Below are positions 10,380-20,538 of a stretch of 64,000 bases of DNA, one piece after another; the first letter of the stretch is position 1; the number at the start of each line of letters is the position of its first letter. Source of the stretch: Acidilobaceae archaeon (GTDB taxonomy: Archaea > Thermoproteota > Thermoprotei_A > Sulfolobales > Acidilobaceae); contig JAWAWX010000001.1 of assembly GCA_038897215.1 (NCBI GenBank), positions 512,001 through 576,000 on the forward strand. Reading direction: 5' to 3'. The notes beneath the pieces were generated by a model. That model was given only the letters and a program-made list of their open reading frames with translations, made no database searches and had not been told where the DNA came from. A program made the position numbers and the translations under genes.

Positions 10380-11072
10380 TTGGTACGAAGAATACTAGTG
10401 ACCTCAACTTTCCCAGAATCCTTTCACAAAACGGTCTACAAAATTCTGAGTTATGCTCTAAGCTGTAGCCTACTAAGAGCCTACTTGTACTACAGAGGGG
10501 TGGTTTGCTTAGAGACCTCGAGGATCATTTGCTGGCTTAGAGGAGACCCGGAGTTTGTGGCTGTAGCTAGGAGAGCTAGGAGTCTCCTCGGTCTTCAGGG
10601 AGTAGCTGTCTTGATGGTATCCGATACTACTCGAGTTGATTGCGATGCTATCGTGTGTTGTGGCTGTAGCGCTGAGGAGATATGCAGAGACGACCCCTGG
10701 TCTTCGCTTTTCGAAGCTCTGTCTCCTCGAAGACGCTTCCATACATTGAGGATAGGTGTGGACCCAGGGTCTCTTTGCTCTCTTGCAGCTTACGCAGACA
10801 ACTTCCTCATCTGGCTTGAGAAAAACGAGTGCACAGTGATAACAACGAGAACAAAATGGCTCACGTCTATAGTCCCAGCTAGCCACGTCATAGTCAACGT
10901 GGGTAGCGGTCCTGGATGGGAGCGTGTAGCAAGAGAGCTAAGTAGTCTCGGCGTATCCTTTAGGATAGTTTCTGAAACAGAAACTAGCTCGAAGCCTCTA
11001 CATAGTAGATTGAGATATGAGATAAAAGACGAAGACCTTCTAGCCGCTATGACTATATCGCTGAGTTCTTGA
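10380..11072 (+). CDS. Hypothetical protein with C-terminal YqgF/RNase H-like domain (true start may be downstream)
   Basis: RIGVDPG, VNVGSG, VSETETS and DEDLLAAMTI motif series. Confidence 0.55.
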   Translation: MVRRILVTSTFPESFHKTVYKILSYALSCSLLRAYLYYRGVVCLETSRIICWLRGDPEFVAVARRARSLLGLQGVAVLMVSDTTRVDCDAIVCCGCSAEEICRDDPWSSLFEALSPRRRFHTLRIGVDPGSLCSLAAYADNFLIWLEKNECTVITTRTKWLTSIVPASHVIVNVGSGPGWERVARELSSLGVSFRIVSETETSSKPLHSRLRYEIKDEDLLAAMTISLSS

Positions 11073-11256
11073 AGACTCTCTATTCGACACCTAGCTATTC
11101 TAGTGCCTTCCCACTACTGACTCTTCTCCCGAGAGCGTTGCCTGAGACGCTCTAGATAGCGTCTCTCAAGGCATCTCTGACTAAAGATCTCTCGAGGTCA
11201 GAGAGAGGACCCGCGTGATCTGCTATCTTAGCGAAGCGTGGGGGTCTAGTAGAGTG

Positions 11257-12081
11257 CTATGAGTTAGACGAGTCAGGCTCTATGTGGATCGTCACCTCTA
11301 ACTTGTATTTCTCGACTAGCTCTTTCTCTATCAGCGATGCTATCTCGTGTGCTTTCTCAACGCTCATACTGCCGGGCAGTATTACGATCATGTCTCCTAT
11401 CAGCCTGTCTCCTGCTTCTCTAAACCTGAGAGATTTTACTAGATACCCTCTACTCTTTAGGTACTCCCTGACCTCCGCTGAAAGAGAAGGTTCTACTCTA
11501 TCGGCTACTATGTTTATGAGAGTCCAGGAGTTCCTAGCAGTCTCCCCCGCCCAGAAGACGACTAGGAGAATTGCTCCAGCCAGGTCGACTAGGTAGTGGT
11601 AGAAAGCACCGCCAGAGCTCGCAATGACTCCAATCGCGCTTTCTAAGAGCTCGCCATACGTGTATCTAGCATATACCTCTCCCTCTACTCCAGCTCTTCT
11701 CCCTAGGAGTACGGCTAGCCCGTAGAAGAGAGAACCTAGAATTGCTAAGAGTGGTGCTCGATACTCTACAGAGTATTCCCTTCCACTAGTCAACAAGATA
11801 TATGACACGAGGAAGCCCAATACTAGGCTATAAGTGCTCGTAGCTACAGCTATAGAGGCGAGCCTTAGCCTCCTATGTCCATACATGTGGTCTGCGTCAG
11901 GTTCTCTCAAACTAAGCTTGTAGAAGACAACCATAGCTATAGCCACGAGCAGGTTCGCGAAACAGGTGATAGCATCGACTAGGAGAGACTTAGAGCCGTA
12001 GAGTAAGCCGCCCGCCATCTTAGTTAAGCCGCCCGCGAAGCTTAAAGCGAGTATTGCTAGAAAGAGCTTCAGCTCGCTCAA
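11257..12081 (-). CDS. Cation diffusion facilitator family transporter
   Basis: GSKSLLVDA, PDADHMYGHRR, multiple TM helices, MSVEKAHEIA, TIHIEP. Confidence 0.9.
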   Translation of the reverse strand: MSELKLFLAILALSFAGGLTKMAGGLLYGSKSLLVDAITCFANLLVAIAMVVFYKLSLREPDADHMYGHRRLRLASIAVATSTYSLVLGFLVSYILLTSGREYSVEYRAPLLAILGSLFYGLAVLLGRRAGVEGEVYARYTYGELLESAIGVIASSGGAFYHYLVDLAGAILLVVFWAGETARNSWTLINIVADRVEPSLSAEVREYLKSRGYLVKSLRFREAGDRLIGDMIVILPGSMSVEKAHEIASLIEKELVEKYKLEVTIHIEPDSSNS

Positions 12082-12189
12082 CTACTACTCCTCACTATAA
12101 GCTTTGCAACAAAGGTCTTTTTAAATTCGATGATACAGCAGTCTGAGAGTCTGCTTTTGAGCTAGGCTAGAGGCTAGCGAGAGCTCCTG

Positions 12190-12250
12190 GATATCAGAAA
12201 GGCCAGGATAGCTCATCTTCTTCGCTTTGCCGTGTACTCATCATCATCTC
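12190..12250 (-). ncRNA. Candidate box C/D guide sRNA
   Basis: Minus strand reads ATGATGA-gtacacggcaaa-GCGA-aga-AGATGA-gctatcctggccttt-CTGA. Intergenic; TATA-like TATTTAAG about 25 nt upstream. Confidence 0.65.
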
Positions 12251-12285
12251 TAGCGCATACCGGGGGAGACTTAAATAACCAATTG

Positions 12286-13135
12286 CTAATCTCTCGTCTT
12301 GAGACGGAATCTCTTCACTCCAGATATCTCTATAGACTCGACCAGCCCTGCCTCCTCGAGCTTCTTGAGTCTCCTATAGAGTGGGGTTTTGGGTATGCCT
12401 GTGATCTGCTGGAGCTCTACGGCTGTAAGCCCCCCTCTTTCTCTCAGAGCCTCGATTATAGCTCTATCTCTCTCATCCAGATCTAGAGAGTGCGCTCCGC
12501 TATCCTTTCTTCGCGCGAAATTTACGCCTATATACTAGAAGAGCTACGAGCAAGCCGAATACTAAGAGTGCTAGAGCGATCGCGATATAGGGTAGCAGAG
12601 AGGGGGCTTCTGCTTTCTCGACTGGCGCTAGGACGTACTCTACCTCTATCTCAGTCCCTTTGGGGAAGACTAGGACTAGATTGTCTCCGCGAGCGAGAAC
12701 CCTGTAGTCCTGAGGCTTCACCGAGACTAGAACAGCCCCAGGGGGCAAAATGACCTCTACGGGGAAGCCATGGGGATTAACGACTAGAGTCCAGACCGCT
12801 CCGCTTTTCGATGTGAGTCTAGCTGAGTAAGCTTCGACTACGCTGAGCCTAGTGGTGGCTAGAAATCTGAGAATGCCTCTCGCTTCATCGTACTCATATG
12901 GGACAGGCTCGTTGTCGCAACGAACAATAACACTATCCGCGTTCTTAATTATAGTCGTCTCTATGTTCACAGGAGGGGTTTCAACCCTTATCTCGTAGAC
13001 GGCTTTCACATCGCCAGACTCCATCACGTAAATCTTTCCAGAGACAACCTGAGCTTCTACAATATGAGCTAGAGAGAGTAGAGCGAAGAGGAGGAATAAA
13101 GCTAGCTTCGCCTTCATGTAGCTAGTCGACCTCAT
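12286..13135 (-). pseudogene. Membrane-anchored winged-HTH protein (COG2512-like), interrupted by an apparent +1 frameshift near 12503-12534
   Basis: ORF 12500..13135 has a signal peptide, external domain and TM helix. The +1 frame continues with LDERDRAIIEALRERGGLTAVELQQITGIPKTPLYRRLKKLEEAGLVE to a stop at 12286. Confidence 0.75.
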
Positions 13136-13486
13136 CTAGCGCGCCTGCCCTCTCTGCCTCTTTATAACTCTCCTAAGCCTAGACCCTATCATTAAATCAT
13201 TGCGCTTAACGTACTCCGCTAGCTGGGAAAGCACTGCTTTGAACTCCTCATCTGAGATGCTGTAGAGCACCTTCTTGCCAACGCGTTTCTTGCTCAGAAT
13301 ACCTGCTCTACTCAGGAATCCTAGGTGATAGGATACTAGATTCACGGGTCTCCCTACTGCTCTCGAAACCTCCATGGGAGATGCTGGTCCGAGGAAAGCG
13401 ATACGCAGCAATACTCTTAGTCTAGTAGGGTCTGATAGCGATTTAAAGATTCTGATAAGCCCCTCTACAGGCAACTCGGTCTCCAA
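13136..13486 (-). CDS. ArsR/SmtB-family transcriptional regulator
   Basis: FKSLSDPTRLRVL, VSYHLGFLSRAGIL, RVGKKVLYSI. Confidence 0.9.
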   Translation of the reverse strand: METELPVEGLIRIFKSLSDPTRLRVLLRIAFLGPASPMEVSRAVGRPVNLVSYHLGFLSRAGILSKKRVGKKVLYSISDEEFKAVLSQLAEYVKRNDLMIGSRLRRVIKRQRGQAR

Positions 13487-13552
13487 ATCGGGGTCCCACG
13501 AGCTATCTTTCCCACAGAAGCGCTAATAAGATTTTAATTTTGAGAGTGGTTG

Positions 13553-14797
13553 CTAGAATAGCTGAACCTCTCCTCTGAGGATCTTATCGACGTACGATAC
13601 TATGTTCTCGAGCTTCTCCTCAGCTACTCCTATAGCTTCATTAGCTATATCTGGGCTTAGCTGAACTCCCTGCGCCATCTTAATCTTGATATCAGCTATG
13701 AGGGGGTCGTCGATGGGTCTCCCTATCTGGCTTAGTAGGGAGACGTAGACTTCTCTCACGCCTCTCGGCTCTAGGAGCGTGTATATAGATTCAGCTATGT
13801 CTCTAGCTACCACGTTGTATATCTTTCCAACATGGCTAACTGGATTCTTGCCTGCTGTCGCCTCGAGACTCATAGGTCGGAATGGAGTGATAAGCCCGTT
13901 GACTCTATTCCCTCTACCTGTGGCTCCATCGTCACCGTGCTCAGCGCTAGTACCGGTTACTGTGAGATAATATATCCCTCTTTCTCTCGAATCAGCTGTG
14001 TTGATATGAGCCTCGATCTCGTAGTCTGGCGCTATCTTCGAGGCTAGAGTGAGAACCTCTTCTCTCACATCACTCTTTATGGAGAAGTACTCGTCGGGAT
14101 CTAGTATCAGGCTACTGATCATAGCCGTGGCTATAGTTAAAGTTATCTTTTTACCTTTACGTAATCCCATCACCTTAACGTCCTCTCCGACAGCTGGATA
14201 TTTTTTCTTGAACTCTCTGCTATTGAGGAGCCTCTCAGTCTCTAGAACTAGCCTCTCTAGAGTAGATAAGGGCGCGAAGCCTAGCCCTACGCTCGTATCG
14301 TTAGCTAGAGGTACTCTAGCCTCAGCTTCAACTATAGACTTTAAGTCCGCGCTACCTTTGCCTATCTTATAGTCTATGATCACATGAGAATCGGGGTCTA
14401 AGAATCTGAAGTTCTTCTTCAACCACGACTTAGAAGCATCTACTATCAGAGTCCCGAAGGGAACGTATTCTACTCTACCATCGCTTATCACTTCAGTAGT
14501 GACTCTGCCCGATACTATTATCCTAATAGGCTGAAGAACCTCCCCTCCTCCAAACCATGGATTAGCTTGCCCTCCAACGAGAAGAACCTTGTCTACGTTG
14601 TGATGCAGGATTCTTCCGAATTTCTCGAGATAGTATTTGCTGAGAGCTACGCTAACAGCCTCAGACACGGCATCGCAGATGTGATCTGGGTGGCCGAGAC
14701 CCTTTCTCTCGACTATCTCTACCTCCATATCGGCAACGCTGGGCGCTCTCCACTCTTCAACATAGACGTTTCTAGTAACCCTATTCTCTCTAATCAA
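13553..14797 (-). CDS. mat: Archaeal S-adenosylmethionine synthetase
   Basis: [58 protein letters not shown]. Confidence 0.96.
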   Translation of the reverse strand: MIRENRVTRNVYVEEWRAPSVADMEVEIVERKGLGHPDHICDAVSEAVSVALSKYYLEKFGRILHHNVDKVLLVGGQANPWFGGGEVLQPIRIIVSGRVTTEVISDGRVEYVPFGTLIVDASKSWLKKNFRFLDPDSHVIIDYKIGKGSADLKSIVEAEARVPLANDTSVGLGFAPLSTLERLVLETERLLNSREFKKKYPAVGEDVKVMGLRKGKKITLTIATAMISSLILDPDEYFSIKSDVREEVLTLASKIAPDYEIEAHINTADSRERGIYYLTVTGTSAEHGDDGATGRGNRVNGLITPFRPMSLEATAGKNPVSHVGKIYNVVARDIAESIYTLLEPRGVREVYVSLLSQIGRPIDDPLIADIKIKMAQGVQLSPDIANEAIGVAEEKLENIVSYVDKILRGEVQLF

Positions 14798-14924
14798 CTC
14801 TCTTCCCCGGGGGCTTTCCAGCCTCCTACTCCTATAAGGTTTTTATTTCTCAAACATACCCGCAAAGCCTCTGATGTACTCTCAAGAATGTATGCTAACG
14901 GTTGACAATGAAATAGTAAGATTT

Positions 14925-15001
<77 letters not shown>

Positions 15002-15390
15002 GCTCTCCGCTTGTTACCCGTCTTGTGTTGTGAGAACTTATAAGGATTATAAATGAGAAGACTGGTCATGGCCAAGGCTTGAGGCTAACTCTGACCTCCT
15101 ATCGAATACCTAGTAAAACCGTGAACCATACGGTATCGCGACGGGATGCGTCTTGTTGCAATCACCCTCAGACCGCGGGTGAACGATATGCTCAGCGCCT
15201 TCATCTACAGATCTCGTTGTAAGTAGCTAGTTATGCTACCGTGGCTTCAGCGGACTATTGCTAAGTCATTCTATGAAGTGTACTCTCAGAGAGCTCTAAG
15301 AGTCTCTGATGAATTGTTATAAGGTCTACTCTAGGTGCTCTTTGAAGGTAGCCGAGTATGACTATAGGGCTGTTGAAGGGAGTAAACTCG

Positions 15391-15615
15391 ATGGGTCATG
15401 TTGGATGGTTTACTGTCAAGTGTAGGATTTGCGCTACCCCCATAGACCTGCTTGGAGGCGTTGGTAGGTCGAAGAAGCAAGTAGCCTACGCTTGCCCCAA
15501 GTGTAGAGCTACTCTTGAAGCCTACTTCTGCCACGCTTGTAGCAGGACGGTTAAGTACAAGTGTCCTTATTGTGGAAGCAAGCTCCTCATAGTGACTCCT
15601 ATTTTTGAGGAGTAA
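15391..15615 (+). CDS. Small zinc-ribbon protein
   Basis: Four CxxC pairs (CRIC, CPKC, CHAC, CPYC). ATG at 15391 follows GGGAG; the ORF track starts at 15358. Confidence 0.75.
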   Translation: MGHVGWFTVKCRICATPIDLLGGVGRSKKQVAYACPKCRATLEAYFCHACSRTVKYKCPYCGSKLLIVTPIFEE

Positions 15616-15985
15616 AACGGTTATGGGCATAGCTGTTCTCGAGGAATACTTTGATAGATTCTATAGAGTAATCCGTGTAGACTCTCCTGGAGGCGATAGG
15701 CTTTACAGCATAGACTATTACGTTAGGCTATCTAAAGCCCCGAGATCGTGCTCTGAGGTGCTCGCACTAGACTCTGTTCAACTATGTTACGCTAAGCTGA
15801 ATCTCTGCGAAGCACTAATACTCATCTATGAGAATAGAAGGATAGAGCTGATCAGCCTTAGGCTAAAGACTAGAACAGACTCAGATCCAGTTGATGGCTC
15901 TCTCTCGAAAGCTAGAGCTCTGTGCGTAGAGGAGGCGCAAAGACTAGTTGAGGCTATGCGCTCTAGTCTCGGGAGGGAAGGATAG
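15605..15985 (+). CDS. Hypothetical protein
   Basis: ORF packed between the zinc-ribbon gene and dph6. Confidence 0.65.
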   Translation: MRSKTVMGIAVLEEYFDRFYRVIRVDSPGGDRLYSIDYYVRLSKAPRSCSEVLALDSVQLCYAKLNLCEALILIYENRRIELISLRLKTRTDSDPVDGSLSKARALCVEEAQRLVEAMRSSLGREG

Positions 15986-16676
15986 CGTTTACACTCTACA
16001 TAGAGCTATCTGGGAGGGACACAGTCTAGAGTGTCTAATAGTGTTTCATAGCATGAGAGACGATAGCTGGCTTTTTCACACACCAGCAACTAGACTCGTA
16101 GCTCTACAAGCTGAAGCCATGGGGGTTAGAGAGGAGTTAGAGGAGTTCACGATATCAGGCTCCAGGCACTCAGAGCTTCTCGAGCTAGAGGACGCTATGA
16201 GAAGAGTGGCTAGAAGACGTAAAGCCGAGGGTCTGGCGGTTGGAGTGATATCGAGTAGGTACCAGAGAGACAGGATGAGTCTTATAGCGTCGAGACTAGG
16301 GCTCGTGCTCTATACTCCCCTATGGAGCGTCAGCCAGGAGGAGCACATGAGGTCTCTCGTTAGAGAGGGCTTCAAGATAGTGATCACCAGAATCTCTACT
16401 ATGGGGCTTCACCCGAAATTCCTAGGAGTCGTCCTCAAGCCCGAGCACATAGAGGAGATAATCGCTCTCTCCAAGAGGTTCGGCTTCAATCCCGCATTTG
16501 AGGGAGGCGAGGCTGAGACCCTCGTCGTTGAAGCTCCCTTATTCAAGAAGAAGCTATGCTTGGAGGGTCGTGTGACTAGAGAGTCTCTCGATTCATACAG
16601 TTTGCACGTCGAGAGAGCCTGGCTGGAGCCAAGAGGGGGTGATGATTGCATATTCGTTAGAAGGAGCTTAGGCTAG
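15948..16676 (+). CDS. dph6: Diphthine--ammonia ligase (PP-loop ATPase)
   Basis: LVSGGKDS, DSWLFH, SRYQRDR, YTPLW, NPAFEGGEAETLV. Confidence 0.9.
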   Translation: MRLCALVSGGKDSVYTLHRAIWEGHSLECLIVFHSMRDDSWLFHTPATRLVALQAEAMGVREELEEFTISGSRHSELLELEDAMRRVARRRKAEGLAVGVISSRYQRDRMSLIASRLGLVLYTPLWSVSQEEHMRSLVREGFKIVITRISTMGLHPKFLGVVLKPEHIEEIIALSKRFGFNPAFEGGEAETLVVEAPLFKKKLCLEGRVTRESLDSYSLHVERAWLEPRGGDDCIFVRRSLG

Positions 16677-17417
16677 GCTTCTGCCTAGAAGCTTCTCGCT
16701 ATTCCCTCTAGCAACCTCGAGAAGGTCTGCTACACTCAATCCTCTAATCTCGGCAACGAGTTTGACAGTATCTCTCACCATGAGAGGGCTCAGCTTAAGC
16801 CCTCTATACTCATAAGGAGCATCGCTCTCGAAGACTATAGAGCTTAACGGTACACTCTTAGCTATCTGAGCGTGCTTCTCCTGAATTCTAATAGCGGGAT
16901 TTATGGAGACTTTGTAGCCTCTTAGCGCTATCAGCTGCGCTAAGTCTAGAGGACCCGTGTACCAGTGGAATAGAGCTCTATCTATCTCAAAGTCTTCCAG
17001 GAGTTCGAGGACCTCTCGCCAGGCATCGGGAGTGTGGAGTACAAGGAAGGACGAGGTCTCTCTAGCTAGGTTGAGGAAGCGGAGAAACACCTCCCGCTGG
17101 ATCTGCATGGTGTAGCTCGGCACGAATCTAGCGTCTATGCCAACCTCTCCTAAGCACGAGATACCAACTCTGTAAGCTATTCTGAGGACTTCATCGACTT
17201 CTAGCAGTCCACCACCACGCCTCAGATTCCAGGGGTGAAAGCCAGCACAGGGCACTACCCTATCGGGGTATATCTGGCTCAGCTCTAGCGTCCTCATCAG
17301 AGAATCTAGGTCATCGGAGACAGCGACTACCCGTAGCTCTCTATCTTTCTCTAGGATCCTGGATACTTCTTCGTATCCATACTCGTAGAGATGGCAGTGC
17401 ATATCGTAAACCAGCAT
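16668..17417 (-). CDS. tatD: TatD-family hydrolase
   Basis: DMHCHL, GFHPW, GEVGID, LHT, FHWYTG, ESDAPY. Confidence 0.92.
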   Translation of the reverse strand: MLVYDMHCHLYEYGYEEVSRILEKDRELRVVAVSDDLDSLMRTLELSQIYPDRVVPCAGFHPWNLRRGGGLLEVDEVLRIAYRVGISCLGEVGIDARFVPSYTMQIQREVFLRFLNLARETSSFLVLHTPDAWREVLELLEDFEIDRALFHWYTGPLDLAQLIALRGYKVSINPAIRIQEKHAQIAKSVPLSSIVFESDAPYEYRGLKLSPLMVRDTVKLVAEIRGLSVADLLEVARGNSEKLLGRSLA

Positions 17418-17499
17418 TTCTAGAAAGCCCTCCGGTCAGCTGAACTCACATCACTACTTTTAAGGTCTACGTGTTAAGCCTCGAAGAGAGGGCTCTGAC

Positions 17500-17706
17500 T
17501 TGAGCGGAAAACATGAGAAATACGTCTATGTTAGGAGAAGAGACGGGTGGTACGTTAAGGTTAGAGTATTTAAGAGTAGAGATGAGAAAGACTCTTCTAG
17601 ATACGTTCCTCTAAACACGAAGACAAGAGAGCCTCCTAGAACCTTTAGAGTGATCCATGAGAGCGAGCTACCAAGCGAGGTAGTCCAGAAGCTCTACACT
17701 GTATGA
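17500..17706 (+). CDS. Small conserved crenarchaeal protein (DUF5622-like)
   Basis: KHEKYVYV...GWYVKVRV pattern; TTTAAG TATA upstream. Confidence 0.7.
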   Translation: MSGKHEKYVYVRRRDGWYVKVRVFKSRDEKDSSRYVPLNTKTREPPRTFRVIHESELPSEVVQKLYTV

Positions 17707-17815
17707 CTATAGAACTCGCGCTCGGCTACAGCTTAGGCTCTCCCAAAGCCTGAGTATGGGCGATGAGCAAGCGACATGAATAGCTCGCTGTGCTCGATAG
17801 ACGTCTAGTCATAGC

Positions 17816-18058
17816 TTGGAGGGGTTTCCTGTGAACTCCTTGTCTGAGATATCTCGCCTGCTTAGAGTAGTGGTTGAGAATCGAGGAATATACTGTGATA
17901 AGAGGGGATTTCTGACATCCGAGGGGTTAAAGGTTGTGTGCTTAGCTATAAAGGTTTCTGGTAGGATGGGTGAGCACCGGCTTAAGAGGAGACTCGAGAA
18001 GGTGAGGAGAGAGAGAAGAGTCGACATTCTTCTCGAAGTCTTGAGAGAGCTAGAATAG
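17816..18058 (+). CDS. Hypothetical protein
   Basis: 80-aa ORF co-oriented with its neighbours. Confidence 0.55.
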   Translation: MEGFPVNSLSEISRLLRVVVENRGIYCDKRGFLTSEGLKVVCLAIKVSGRMGEHRLKRRLEKVRRERRVDILLEVLRELE

Positions 18059-18077
18059 CAGAGGGGCGGGGGGCGTA

Positions 18078-18587
18078 GTGGAAGAGGTCGAGGTTTGCTA
18101 TACTCTAGGCAGAGGGGGGCTGAGAGTCCCCAAGAGCCACGCTCTAGTAGAGTTCTACGGTAGCGTAGATGAAGCTATGGCTATGATTGGACTAGCCAGA
18201 GCTTTTCTGAGAGATGCCGAGCTCCAAGAGGAGCTTAGGAGGATACAGTTGATTCTCTATCGCGCAGCGGCCTCAATGTACGTCGGGCGGTCTCTCTTAA
18301 CCGAGGACGATTCAAGTTTTCTCGAGAGCCTCTTGAGAAAATATGAGTCGAGAAGACCCAGAGGCTTCATAGCGCCCTCAGGACCTCCTGAAGTAGCCGC
18401 GCTCCACGCTGGTAGAGCTGCAGTCAGGAGAGCTGAGAGAGTGCTTTGCGGGATCATACTGGGGTCTCAGGAGGACTGGATGATCAAGCTAGGAGAGGTA
18501 TTAAATATGATGAGTCAAGCTCTCTACGATATGGCGCTCGAGGCGTGCACGAGAAACAGAGACTGCAGGCTAGAGTCTCTCGGCTGA
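18078..18587 (+). CDS. ATP:cob(I)alamin adenosyltransferase (PduO-type)
   Basis: RVPKSH, FYGSVDEA, GFIAPSG, LHAGRAAVRRAER. Confidence 0.85.
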   Translation: MEEVEVCYTLGRGGLRVPKSHALVEFYGSVDEAMAMIGLARAFLRDAELQEELRRIQLILYRAAASMYVGRSLLTEDDSSFLESLLRKYESRRPRGFIAPSGPPEVAALHAGRAAVRRAERVLCGIILGSQEDWMIKLGEVLNMMSQALYDMALEACTRNRDCRLESLG

Positions 18588-18703
18588 ACGCGGAGAGCGT
18601 CTACGAGTAAAGAGCCTAGAATGCTGTAGTCGGGGTAGAGACTTGCAGAGGTCACCTTAATACACTTTAGGCTGGTTTTTCTGCAGTATTGTGGGATTAG
18701 CTC

Positions 18704-20086
18704 TTGAGAAAGAGACTTTTCGGAACTGATGGAGTGAGAGGGGTTGTCGGTAGAGACCTCAATCCAGAGATGGCGCTTAGGCTCGGGAGAGCTATTGGAG
18801 CCTTCTTCGGAAGAGGTAGTAGAGTACTTGTTGGAAGAGATGTCAGAGCAGGAGGCGATATGATAGCATCAGCTGTGATCTCGGGGCTTTTAGCGGAGGG
18901 GGTTAAAGTCTACTACGCTGGACTCCTCCCCACTCCTGCTCTCCAGTTCTCTGTGAGGACTCTCGGCTATGATGGGGGGGTCATGGTCACAGCGAGCCAT
19001 AACCCGCCTGAATACAACGGAGTTAAGGTGATTGCAACCGATGGGATTGAGGTCGATAGAGACTCTGAGGCGGTAATAGAGGAGCACTTCTACTCTCAGA
19101 GAGAGCCGTCTAGGCTCGAGTGGAGAGAGCTAGCTGAACCCGTCGAGACTAGAATCGGGCTCGTTGAGCACTACGTCAACTCTATAGTCGAGCATGTAGA
19201 CAGAGAAGTCATAGCCAGAGCGGGCTTCAGAGTAGTAGTGGATTGCGGTAACAGTGTCGGAGCTCTCGCTACGCCGCTCTTGCTGAGAAAGCTGGGAGCT
19301 AAGGCTCTCTCGCTGAACTGCCACATGGATCCAGAGTTTCCGGGAAGAGAGCCAGAGCCTACACCAGATTCTCTCAGAGAGGCGGCAGCTCTGGTTAGAG
19401 AGAGTAGAGCTGAGCTGGGAGTAGCGCATGATGGAGACGCGGATAGAGCTATATTCATAGACGAGAAGGGGAGAGTGCTCTGGGGCGATAGGAGTGGAGC
19501 AATCCTAGCCGTCTACGCTGCCTCGAGGTGGAGAGATTATCCTCGAGTAGTCTTCACTGGAGTCTCGAGTAGCCTCGTAGCAGAGGAGCACCTAAGAAAA
19601 CACGGGATAGAGGTCAGGTGGACTCCCGTGGGCTCTATAATCATAGCTCGAAGTCTGAAGAGAGAAGGGGGCATAGCGGGCTTCGAAGAGAACGGGGGCT
19701 ATATTCACGCTCCATTCCAGCTAGTTAGAGACGGAGCAATGGCGACAGCTCTAATGCTAGAAGCGCTAGCTAGAGAGAAGAGGAGCCTCTCCAGCTTGGC
19801 TGAAGAGCTCCCAGAGTATCACACTATCAAGACCAAGATCCCAGCTGTGGGTGAGATGAGAGAATGCGCTGTTAGAGCGGTCAAGGAGAGATATAGAGGT
19901 TACAGGATGATAGAGGTAGACGGGGTCAAGGCGATCCTGGATAAAGGCTGGGTTCTGGTGAGACCGAGCGGGACCGAGCCCGTGGTCAGGATAGTAGCGG
20001 AGGGGAGGACTAAGAGTGACGCTGAAGAGTTGCTAGCAGAAGCTCTCAGAGTCATAGAGGAGAGGTGCTTAGAGGCGAGAGCATGA
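18704..20086 (+). CDS. glmM: Phosphoglucosamine mutase / phosphomannomutase
   Basis: LFGTDGVRG, VTASHNPPEYNG, HDGDADR, FEENGG, VRPSGTEP. Confidence 0.93.
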   Translation: MRKRLFGTDGVRGVVGRDLNPEMALRLGRAIGAFFGRGSRVLVGRDVRAGGDMIASAVISGLLAEGVKVYYAGLLPTPALQFSVRTLGYDGGVMVTASHNPPEYNGVKVIATDGIEVDRDSEAVIEEHFYSQREPSRLEWRELAEPVETRIGLVEHYVNSIVEHVDREVIARAGFRVVVDCGNSVGALATPLLLRKLGAKALSLNCHMDPEFPGREPEPTPDSLREAAALVRESRAELGVAHDGDADRAIFIDEKGRVLWGDRSGAILAVYAASRWRDYPRVVFTGVSSSLVAEEHLRKHGIEVRWTPVGSIIIARSLKREGGIAGFEENGGYIHAPFQLVRDGAMATALMLEALAREKRSLSSLAEELPEYHTIKTKIPAVGEMRECAVRAVKERYRGYRMIEVDGVKAILDKGWVLVRPSGTEPVVRIVAEGRTKSDAEELLAEALRVIEERCLEARA

Positions 20087-20475
20087 GATTCTACTTCGTA
20101 GAGCTCCTAGCCTGCCCCAAGTGTAAATCCACAAGCCTCAAGATACACGTGCTCAAAGAGGAGACTAGAGAAGTCTCGAGCCCCGTGGAGAAGCTTAGAT
20201 GCAGGAGATTCTGCGGTCTCTACGAGAAACCCGCTTCAGAAGTCCCCATAGACGAGTGCTCTAAGTGCGTTAGGAGAGTCGTAGTAGACGGAGTCATAGT
20301 CTGCCTCAACTGTAACAGATGGTATCCCATCATAGACACTATTCCCGTGATGCTAACAGACAAGTATAGAGGAGGCTCAGAAGACAGAGGTTTCATCAAG
20401 AAATACTGGAGCACTATACCCAGCGACTTGAAGACTTTAATGAAAGTACCGGAGCCGGAAAGTCTTCTCAGCTAG
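20083..20475 (+). CDS. trm112: Trm112-family methyltransferase activator
   Basis: ELLACPKCK...CLNCNRWYPIIDTIPVML; ATGA overlap with the glmM stop. Confidence 0.88.
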   Translation: MRFYFVELLACPKCKSTSLKIHVLKEETREVSSPVEKLRCRRFCGLYEKPASEVPIDECSKCVRRVVVDGVIVCLNCNRWYPIIDTIPVMLTDKYRGGSEDRGFIKKYWSTIPSDLKTLMKVPEPESLLS

Positions 20476-20538
20476 CAAGGTAATATCGGGTTCTCTCAGC
20501 TAGAAGACTGTAAGAAAACTGAAAGCATAGGGGACAGA

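Noticed and set aside
15076-15100. TAACTCTGACC resembling 23S helix 69, a possible antisense guide
   Set aside because: An 11-nt match is expected by chance, and there are no convincing C or D boxes around it.
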